Under the pieces are notes generated by a model that worked only from the letters and a program-made list of their open reading frames with translations, ran no database searches and was not told the DNA's origin. 64,000 nucleotides of DNA. Source: a virus. Location of the stretch: IMG/VR virus record IMGVR_UViG_3300040959_000809. One strand, given 5' to 3'. Positions 55,739-63,379 of the stretch are shown one piece after another (positions within the stretch are counted from its first letter, which is position 1; the number at the start of each line of letters is the position of its first letter). A program made the position numbers and the translations under genes.

Positions 55739-56371
55739 ATGCAAAACTTTAAATCGTTTATTTCTGAAGCCGGTGGTGCTGGTGAGTGGGGAGCAAAGAA
55801 ACTCACAAAGAAATATAAAAAAGACACCCCAGGCGAATCCTCTGATTTAAATGAAAGCGCATTAAAAGCACTTAGGGTTGCGACCAAAGCTCATGCAGGA
55901 CAAACACGTAAAAGTGGTGGCAAGTATATTGAGCACCCAAAAGAGGTTGCTCGATTTGTAAAGCAATTTAAAAAGTCAAATAATCTTTCGGCGTTAGTAC
56001 AGGCAGCCTATCTACACGATACTATTGAAGATACTGATACAACATATGATGATTTGGTTAAACAGTTTGGTGCTCTTGTAGCTGATATGGTTCAGGAATT
56101 AACAACTGATAAAGCTGCCTCTGATGCTATTGGTAAAGGTGAATACATCGCTGGTAAGATGGCTAAAATGTCAAGTTGGTCATTAGTTATTAAACTTGCG
56201 GATAGATTAGCAAATGTACAAGACATTGATACTCGGCCTGCAGATTTCCAAAAGAAATATGCTGCACAGACTGCACTTGCCATTAAACGTCTCCGTAGTG
56301 ATAGGTTCTTGAGCAAAACACATAATAAAATCATCTCGGCAATTGAGAAAAAGATTAAAGAGTATGTTTAA
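55739..56371 (+). CDS. SpoT/Mesh1-type HD (p)ppGpp hydrolase with a capsid-targeting-like leader
   Basis: Leader MQNFKSFISE-A; AHAGQTRKSGGKYIEHPKEVA, AAYLHDTIEDT and IKLADRLAN. Confidence 0.88.
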   Translation: MQNFKSFISEAGGAGEWGAKKLTKKYKKDTPGESSDLNESALKALRVATKAHAGQTRKSGGKYIEHPKEVARFVKQFKKSNNLSALVQAAYLHDTIEDTDTTYDDLVKQFGALVADMVQELTTDKAASDAIGKGEYIAGKMAKMSSWSLVIKLADRLANVQDIDTRPADFQKKYAAQTALAIKRLRSDRFLSKTHNKIISAIEKKIKEYV

Positions 56372-56747
56372 GTTTAAAAAATATGTATCTGAAGGCCTCA
56401 AGCTTAAACTCATTAGAGGTAAAGGCGAAGACGTCTTAAAAATAAAAGATAGTAAAGAGAAGTCTTGGGTTGAAGTGCGTGGAAAACCTAACTTCGAAAC
56501 TAAGTTTGATCCAAAAGATCCTCTACATAAAGCAATTGCAGCTTTAAGAAAATCTGTTAATGTGTCTGAGCTTGTGAATGGAGAGCCTGTAGGCATTAAT
56601 CCAAACCATCCTGACGGTAAAAAAGCTCTGGCAGCAATAAAGAAGTTGATGAATGAAACTAACGGCTTTCAACCAGCAATGATGTTACATGAGCCAACCA
56701 AAAAGAAAATATTGTCTAAACAAAAAAAGAATAGAGAAGAAAAATGA
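56364..56747 (+). CDS. putative head-packaged protein
   Basis: Likely start is ATG 56364; leader MFKFKKYVSE-G. Confidence 0.65.
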   Translation: MFKFKKYVSEGLKLKLIRGKGEDVLKIKDSKEKSWVEVRGKPNFETKFDPKDPLHKAIAALRKSVNVSELVNGEPVGINPNHPDGKKALAAIKKLMNETNGFQPAMMLHEPTKKKILSKQKKNREEK

Positions 56748-57439
56748 AAAGATTTAAGCATTATATTTCAGAAGGTAATGCTAAAGGTGGTTACCATTAT
56801 GAAGATCAGGTTAATAGTAATCTGAAAAAGCATGGAATGCAGAAAAAGGACCAAAAGAGTGCTGGAGCATCAAAGGATGCACCTGATGGAACAATTCGGT
56901 CCAAGGATGGTAAACATCACAATCTTGAAATTAAACAGAATAAAAATGCTATGTATGGACAAATTGGTATGCACCACGATGGCAAAACATGGAAGGTAAA
57001 GGATAAATCCAAAAAGGATTATCCTGAAACTGCAAAACATATTGAAAAACATGTAGTACCTCATATGAATAAACATATGGGAAAGCCATCCGGTGATTAT
57101 CACAAGGATAAAGAAGTACACGGTAACCATTATATCCCACATAAGGGCACTCAGCCCATCCGTGATCATTATGCAAAAGATAGAAACACACATTATATTC
57201 AGATTGGCAAATCCGGTCTCCACCATATGTCAAAGGATCATGGTAAACTTGGTACTCATGAATTAAACGGAGATACTCGTTTCCGTGTACGTGTTAAATA
57301 CCATGGAACAAATAAAAAGACCAACAAGGTAAGTTATAGCCATACTGTTACGATGGAATTAAAGAACCATAAAGCATCACATATAGATCTGGACCATCAT
57401 TCAGAACATTTAGGTAAAATACACGGCAAACATGAATAG
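56744..57439 (+). CDS. putative head-packaged, His-rich PD-(D/E)xK-like nuclease
   Basis: Leader MKRFKHYISE-G; YEDQV...APDG...NLEIK. Confidence 0.6.
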   Translation: MKRFKHYISEGNAKGGYHYEDQVNSNLKKHGMQKKDQKSAGASKDAPDGTIRSKDGKHHNLEIKQNKNAMYGQIGMHHDGKTWKVKDKSKKDYPETAKHIEKHVVPHMNKHMGKPSGDYHKDKEVHGNHYIPHKGTQPIRDHYAKDRNTHYIQIGKSGLHHMSKDHGKLGTHELNGDTRFRVRVKYHGTNKKTNKVSYSHTVTMELKNHKASHIDLDHHSEHLGKIHGKHE

Positions 57440-57716
57440 TTTTAAAACATATATTCTTGAAGCAAAGACACCCAAATGGAAAAAGGCAGGGCCGGATGGT
57501 GAGCAGGAAATTACCTTTCCTACAGGTAGAAGGTTTAAAATAGAAAAACAACTTGATCAAAATGAGCGACATCAACGTGGCGAATATAAGGTCATGGAAT
57601 GGGATTCCAAAACTCGGGATTGGGAATGGCATGAAACATATAGTCCAAAATGGTATGCTAAAGAGAAGGTAATGGAACTAGGCAAGTATGACCAAAAGGG
57701 AAAAAAGGTAGGATGA
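57432..57716 (+). CDS. putative head-packaged protein
   Basis: Leader MNSFKTYILE-A. Confidence 0.65.
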   Translation: MNSFKTYILEAKTPKWKKAGPDGEQEITFPTGRRFKIEKQLDQNERHQRGEYKVMEWDSKTRDWEWHETYSPKWYAKEKVMELGKYDQKGKKVG

Positions 57717-58087
57717 AAAAGTTTAAACAACATTTACATGAATCTAACTTTGGTCTATATGAAGGAACCACAGTACCACTTGATCAGCCGATGATTGAAA
57801 TTGATGAGGAACAGGAACCAGAACTTAATTCACCAAAACGTGGCGGCAAGAAAAAGTACATTGTATATGTCCGGGATCCTAATACAAAGAATATAAAAAA
57901 GATCCAATTCGGAGACGACACGGGATTGTCTGCAAAGATTAATGACCCAGGTGCTCGGAAGAATTTTGCAGCCAGACATAATTGTGCTGATAAAACAGAT
58001 AAAACCAAGGCTGGCTATTGGGCATGTAGATTACCAAAATATGCCAAACAATTAGGTCTTAAAGGCGGAGGTGATTTCTTTTGGTAG
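57713..58087 (+). CDS. putative head-packaged protein with a basic His/Cys-containing domain
   Basis: Leader MKKFKQHLHE-S; RKNFAARHNC...KAGYWACR. Confidence 0.7.
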   Translation: MKKFKQHLHESNFGLYEGTTVPLDQPMIEIDEEQEPELNSPKRGGKKKYIVYVRDPNTKNIKKIQFGDDTGLSAKINDPGARKNFAARHNCADKTDKTKAGYWACRLPKYAKQLGLKGGGDFFW

Positions 58088-58341
58088 TCCCGTATAACGA
58101 CACCAACATGGGGCTCAGAATATTTGACGTACTAGCCGAGAGCTCAGAGTACGTATGGCACCGTGATAAGGAAAGTAGAGAAATAGAAGTTATTTCTGGT
58201 GAGGGTTGGCAGTTTCAAGTTGAGGATTGCTTACCTTGGTTATTAACTAAAGGGATGAAGTTTACAATAGAGTCAGGTGTTTACCATAGGCTTTTAAAGG
58301 GTGTAGATAATCTTGAAATAAGAATAAAAGAAATAACTTAG
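58081..58341 (+). CDS. small cupin-like protein
   Basis: VWHRD...GWQFQ...YHRLLKG. Confidence 0.55.
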   Translation: MVVPYNDTNMGLRIFDVLAESSEYVWHRDKESREIEVISGEGWQFQVEDCLPWLLTKGMKFTIESGVYHRLLKGVDNLEIRIKEIT

Positions 58342-58344
58342 CAA

Positions 58345-58352
58345 TATAAATA
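58345..58352 (+). promoter_or_regulatory. T4-type late promoter TATAAATA
   Basis: Exact motif 39 bp upstream of 58392. Confidence 0.7.
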
Positions 58353-58391
58353 TCAAAAATAACCACATTAAATTTTTAAGGATCTAATAAA

Positions 58392-60170
58392 ATGGCTTTT
58401 ACAGACAGAATTAAACAGTTAATGTCGTCTCATCTCGAGGCGGAACTAATGGAAGGTCTGAAACACGACCGTTATATGCGTGCTCACGGTAAAAAAGCTA
58501 AAGGCACCGCAACATGGATGTTTACCACCAAAAAAGATGGTGAAGTAAACTACGATAACGATAAGGAAGTTTTCCAATCCGGTCCATCTATGAAACTTGC
58601 AGATGCTGCCAAAAAAGCAATGGATGCTCTTAAATCAAAAACAATTTATGTAATGGAAGCTAAATTAGATCCAGTTGGCAAAGAAGATGATGATGTGGAC
58701 AATGACGGTGATGTAGATAAATCCGATAAGTATCTTAAAAAGCGCCGGGCCGCAATCAAAAAGGCTATTAATACAAAACCAGCAATGAAAGAGGCAGCTA
58801 AAAAGCAAAAAGCAAAACTACTGCCCGTCAAAGGTTCTGTAGATGATGCAAATGATGTGGCACAAAAGGCAACTGGCGAATCTGTTAATGAAGCGGCAAC
58901 ACCTCAAATGATGAAAGCCGCAAAAGAACTTGAAATGTACGCAAAGAAACACGGTGGGATTGATAAAACAGACTTTATGAAAGCCTCAAAGATGTTGGCA
59001 TCCGGTAAAGCCGGAACAAACCTTGTTAAATTTGTAGACGGACTTGACACAGATCCTCGTGAAAAGGTTATTACAGTTATGGGAACCCACATGGGTAATA
59101 AAACTGTTGGAAAAATGTTTGGTGTTAACATCCGTGAAGAAGTAGAATTAGACGAAGATCGTAGAACGGAACTTAGTCATCAATCAATGATGTTTACTCA
59201 TGCAATGAAACAAGCTGAATTTAAAAAGAAAGATCCGAGACTCGCAAAACAGCATGATATGGCTGGCAAGTTGCATGCTAAAGCGGCAGATATGCACGCT
59301 GATAACCATCCAGATGCAAAAAAGCATTCAGATAAAGCAAATAAAGCATCAAAGCTATTAGGCGAAGAAGTAGAACTTGATGAAACTTTATCACCATCTG
59401 AAAAGAAACTTGTCAATCAAATGTATGATAAGAAAGGTAACCTGACACCACTTGGTAAAAAGGTTATGAACCACGGTAAAAAGCCTGGTGATAACATCCG
59501 TGAGGAAACTGAACAGCTTGATGAATCAACTCAAATGATGGAAAATCTAGCTGATGCGATTGATAATACAGATTTGGCTAAACTCACAGTAGAAGAGTTA
59601 TCTGAAATCGAAGAAGGTATTATTAAGGCGCTAGGTGTTGCCGCCAAAAAGACTGTAGGTGGTGTCGCTAAGGGTGTAGGTGCTGTCGCTAAGGGTGTTG
59701 GTAAGGCAGCTAAATCCGCAGTCATTAATAAACAAGGTAATATCCGTGGTACACAAGCGGCTAAAACTGACGCACAGACTAACAAGGCTAATAAAATTGC
59801 TGATAAATTGCAACGAAATAAAGATGCGGCCGATAGATTAAAAGCGGCTCAGGACAGAATTAAATCTCTTTCCTCTAAGCCTAAGAAACCATTAGCGGCA
59901 AGTTATAATGAGGACCTAAACGAAATCGGAAGTAACTTTGAAACAAAACCGAATGAAAAGAAACTTGCTGACCTAGGCCGTAAAATGATGGATATGGGTC
60001 AAAAGGAAAAGAATGATACTCTTTCAAATGCATATGCCAGACTTGGTGACGCGTTGACAAGATATGGTACCACATTTGGTGCCAGAAATATAAAAGATTT
60101 GGAAAAGAAAACTGGCATGAAACAAGCCATTATTATGGATCTTATGAAAAGAGCTGCGAAGCATAAGTAA
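58392..60170 (+). CDS. putative head-core/internal polyprotein
   Basis: K/A/D/E-rich modules separated by ELME, YVME, SVNE, IREEVELDE, GEEVELDE, IREETEQLDE, EIEE and DLNE. Confidence 0.65.
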   Translation: MAFTDRIKQLMSSHLEAELMEGLKHDRYMRAHGKKAKGTATWMFTTKKDGEVNYDNDKEVFQSGPSMKLADAAKKAMDALKSKTIYVMEAKLDPVGKEDDDVDNDGDVDKSDKYLKKRRAAIKKAINTKPAMKEAAKKQKAKLLPVKGSVDDANDVAQKATGESVNEAATPQMMKAAKELEMYAKKHGGIDKTDFMKASKMLASGKAGTNLVKFVDGLDTDPREKVITVMGTHMGNKTVGKMFGVNIREEVELDEDRRTELSHQSMMFTHAMKQAEFKKKDPRLAKQHDMAGKLHAKAADMHADNHPDAKKHSDKANKASKLLGEEVELDETLSPSEKKLVNQMYDKKGNLTPLGKKVMNHGKKPGDNIREETEQLDESTQMMENLADAIDNTDLAKLTVEELSEIEEGIIKALGVAAKKTVGGVAKGVGAVAKGVGKAAKSAVINKQGNIRGTQAAKTDAQTNKANKIADKLQRNKDAADRLKAAQDRIKSLSSKPKKPLAASYNEDLNEIGSNFETKPNEKKLADLGRKMMDMGQKEKNDTLSNAYARLGDALTRYGTTFGARNIKDLEKKTGMKQAIIMDLMKRAAKHK

Positions 60171-60209
60171 TAAATAATAGTAGTCATTACAAAATATAGG
60201 AGAACTAAA

Positions 60210-60497
60210 ATGGCTTTATGGGGAAAAACAGACGCCACGGGATCAATCCCAAAATGGCTAGAGGACGATGTAAATAACACAAACAAGTCAAATGATAAAG
60301 ACTTGTGTGTATTTTTGGACCTTGACGAAGCTCAGGTTGCAGGAAACAGAGACATTGGTTTGAAAACACCAGGTTGGAATATCTATACAACCTATGTGAA
60401 TGCCAATGGTGACACTCGTCGGATCATCGAGCCATTAGTTGCAATGAAAGTTTCTGCAGCTGATGCGGGTGATAACGACGCCATCGCAAATAGCTAA
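60210..60497 (+). CDS. hypothetical late protein
   Basis: AGGAG RBS, with ATAAATA just upstream. Confidence 0.6.
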   Translation: MALWGKTDATGSIPKWLEDDVNNTNKSNDKDLCVFLDLDEAQVAGNRDIGLKTPGWNIYTTYVNANGDTRRIIEPLVAMKVSAADAGDNDAIANS

Positions 60498-60513
60498 TAA
60501 CAGTTAATATATA

Positions 60514-60888
60514 ATGAAATTGACAGAATCAACTTTCGTAATGTTCGCTATGAAGTATTATGATAATCCTCAATGCTCAGATATTTCAGAGTTTGAGGAG
60601 GACCTAAAAAGATTTCAATATTTAAGAAAGCTTTTCGGGCGTTATCGTCAAGACGGAGATTTGAAAGAAAGGTTGATTATTAATCATTTGATAGTTATAT
60701 ACAACGTATTTGGTCCCTCCGCAACCAATATGTTGTTCATGAAGCTACACGAATACCATGAGTATTTATTGCCATTCGTCTCGTATTTAAATTTTATGCC
60801 AACGGTAGTATTGTACGAGGATACTGTTCTCCACAAGGACAGTATTGTTGGTGACGAATCGATTGTTGAAACACTTAAGGAACTCTAA
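60514..60888 (+). CDS. conserved marine T4-like protein
   Basis: FAMKYYDNPQC...FEEDLKRFQYLRKL...ERLIINHLIVIYNVF. Confidence 0.7.
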   Translation: MKLTESTFVMFAMKYYDNPQCSDISEFEEDLKRFQYLRKLFGRYRQDGDLKERLIINHLIVIYNVFGPSATNMLFMKLHEYHEYLLPFVSYLNFMPTVVLYEDTVLHKDSIVGDESIVETLKEL

Positions 60889-61269
60889 ATGGTAGTTGAT
60901 CTATTTTTAGTCTATCAGTTTATCAGAAGACTTGTAACTCCCTTCAATAAATGGGAGGCGTATGAGCTTGGGATAATTGATGATAAGGGAAACATCCTTC
61001 GAAAGAAAAGAGACCGCACTCCAGAAGAAAGAAGAAAATTCGGCGTGTTTGATATTATGATTTTAAAACTTAAAAAACTATTGGCAAAAATTCCAGGAGG
61101 TACTACCAAGTTAGCTTCCTATGCCACAGCCCTTTGGCTGATTAGAGAATGGAATCATTTCTCAAGCGAATCACTTCTTACAGAGGACGTATCCGAGGAT
61201 CAGATGGACGAATCAATTGATAACTTTATCAACGAGCGCCTGATCCCACTCTTAAATAAGGATACCTAG
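60889..61269 (+). CDS. conserved marine T4-like protein
   Basis: FIRRLVTPFNKWEAYELGIIDDKGNILRK...LKKLLAKIPGG. Confidence 0.7.
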   Translation: MVVDLFLVYQFIRRLVTPFNKWEAYELGIIDDKGNILRKKRDRTPEERRKFGVFDIMILKLKKLLAKIPGGTTKLASYATALWLIREWNHFSSESLLTEDVSEDQMDESIDNFINERLIPLLNKDT

Positions 61270-61271
61270 TT

Positions 61272-63209
61272 ATGCCATTACCAAGAAATAATTGGGGTAA
61301 CTCATGGCCGCTTGCAGTCGAAGCATGGGTACAAGAAGTCCTTGCAAATATTGTTGGTAACCCTTCATCTAACCAAAACATTCCTGAAACCAACCGAGGA
61401 AAACTCGACACTAATGGTGATGGTAACGTGAACCTCACTGATGTCATTACTCTGCTTAGAGTACAAACCGGACTGACTGAACCTAGCGATAATGTTGTTA
61501 GTGGTGAATTTTTAGCAAGACATGGCTATAATGTTCTTAGAAGAGGAAGATATTATAATACTGAGGTTGCAAACCAAACATATAATTTAGGATTTGAAGA
61601 AATTAACAACCCTGGCAATCCAGGCGTAGACGATCATCTAAGTACGGTTCATGGTGGAACAGCTATGAGTATGAATATGGTCCGAAAGGAATTTAAACTT
61701 AGGGATACGGATGTTGCAACTACCTCATCAGTAAGTGAATTCCGAGGTGCAGACCCCGGTATTCCAGCAAGTGGACAAGGATCATTTAAAGACTATTATG
61801 GTACATCTGGTAATGTTCTTGGTCTTATTGCATATGAAATTACCAGATCAGATAAGCAAAATAATGGCTACCAGACAGTTGTAATTGATAGCCCGTCCGA
61901 GTTTGTACCTGGGAACCCCAGTACCATGATGTGGAAAGGTGGGCAGGAAGTAGGATGGGGATATAGAATCTATATTGGTTATAAGAATGGTGATAGTGGT
62001 ACCGCCTGGAGAGGCGATTTTCAGATAGATGATATTAACCTACGTGCCAGCAACAACAACCGTGTAAAAACTTGGACCTTCTCCACTTCTAGCGAAGGCT
62101 GGACACAATTAGATGGCAGCGCGGATATTGGGCAAGCTTATAATGCCAGAGGTTTTAATGATGACATATATGATGTAATTAATGAACCAAATTGGATTAG
62201 TATCGGCAACGGCACTACTGCAGCACGATGGAATAGAGATTCTGGTGGTACTCCGTCAAACAGTACTGGTGTGGCCTCTGATGCTAATGATGCTGGTTCA
62301 TATTATTTGTATGCTGAAACAACCTCTCCAACTAACTATAGTGATAATTTCTGGATGAAATCTCCACTGCTTACTTATGATACTGGTGAATGGTCTAAAC
62401 TTGCTTGGCAGTGGGCTTGTTACTCACCAATCAGTGTAGGTCAGGACAATCAAGGAGCATATGCTGTTTATATAGTCGCCGAACCAGTGGTTTTTAAGCA
62501 ACCCATAGCCCAACAAATTGCTACTGGTGGATCATCGAACAGTACCACCGCAAGGCGCGCCAGATTCCCAATTGGATGGACATATCCTTCTGGTAGCTAT
62601 CACGTAGGTACTGGACCGACTGGTGTCTATAATTTTGGAAGAGTACCAGAAGGAACCGATTTTAGATTATATCTTAGATACCAAAATGGTGACGCTGGGA
62701 CCAGCTACCGTGGTGATTTTCAGGTAGGACAGATTCAGCTTTTGGATGGGACTGGTTCCAGTAAATATAATATAGGCTTTGGATCAGTTTGGTCTGGAAG
62801 TTCTCCAAAAGGTGGCCCATGGTATACATTTAGCAATAATACCTATCCAAATATTGTGAACTGGGAAGATACATTAGGTAAATGGTCGGCAATGGCTGAT
62901 GGAATTAGCAATACAACTAATTATCAATGGAATAAGAAAAGCGGTGGCACCCCATCTAGCCAAACCGGCGTAGACCCGCCTACTGGTTCATATGAACCTT
63001 ACATATATGCAGAAACTTCAGGTACTGGTGTGAGTCTTAATTATTATTGGACAAGATCAAGAGTATATACTGTGCCTACTGGAACCCAAAATGGGCAAGG
63101 TATTACCAATATGGACATTTGGTATTTTGCTTATGGTGATAATATCAAAAATGGGGCACTTGATGTTTTTGTAGAATTTGATAATCAATACAAACAGGAT
63201 ACATTCTAA
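61272..63209 (+). CDS. virion-type protein with a dockerin/EF-hand-like loop and two MAM-like repeats
   Basis: DTNGDGNVNLTDV; two repeats of RGDFQ...W...GGTPSxxTG...YxYAET. Confidence 0.65.
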   Translation: MPLPRNNWGNSWPLAVEAWVQEVLANIVGNPSSNQNIPETNRGKLDTNGDGNVNLTDVITLLRVQTGLTEPSDNVVSGEFLARHGYNVLRRGRYYNTEVANQTYNLGFEEINNPGNPGVDDHLSTVHGGTAMSMNMVRKEFKLRDTDVATTSSVSEFRGADPGIPASGQGSFKDYYGTSGNVLGLIAYEITRSDKQNNGYQTVVIDSPSEFVPGNPSTMMWKGGQEVGWGYRIYIGYKNGDSGTAWRGDFQIDDINLRASNNNRVKTWTFSTSSEGWTQLDGSADIGQAYNARGFNDDIYDVINEPNWISIGNGTTAARWNRDSGGTPSNSTGVASDANDAGSYYLYAETTSPTNYSDNFWMKSPLLTYDTGEWSKLAWQWACYSPISVGQDNQGAYAVYIVAEPVVFKQPIAQQIATGGSSNSTTARRARFPIGWTYPSGSYHVGTGPTGVYNFGRVPEGTDFRLYLRYQNGDAGTSYRGDFQVGQIQLLDGTGSSKYNIGFGSVWSGSSPKGGPWYTFSNNTYPNIVNWEDTLGKWSAMADGISNTTNYQWNKKSGGTPSSQTGVDPPTGSYEPYIYAETSGTGVSLNYYWTRSRVYTVPTGTQNGQGITNMDIWYFAYGDNIKNGALDVFVEFDNQYKQDTF

Positions 63210-63379
63210 TGAAAAAGATTAAAGTAGAAGAACCAGTAAATAATGTAGGCGGTGGAAATATTGCTGGTCTCGGTGTGGGTCCTCAAGGTGAACCTGGGGT
63301 AACACCAAAGCAACAGAAAAAATATAAAAAGAAAAATATTTTAAAATTTAAAGATTATTTGGAAGGAGATAAACCATGA
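63209..63379 (+). CDS. 56 aa hypothetical protein
   Basis: Manual ORF MKKIKVEEPVNNVGGGNIAGLGVGPQGEPGVTPKQQKKYKKKNILKFKDYLEGDKP, overlapping both neighbours. Confidence 0.6.
   Translation: MKKIKVEEPVNNVGGGNIAGLGVGPQGEPGVTPKQQKKYKKKNILKFKDYLEGDKP

Noticed and set aside
59640-59710. Short direct repeats as a possible CRISPR or mini-array
   Set aside because: Only two 14 bp units, in frame in a coding region (VAKGVG). No repeat-spacer array or cas gene was seen anywhere in the window.
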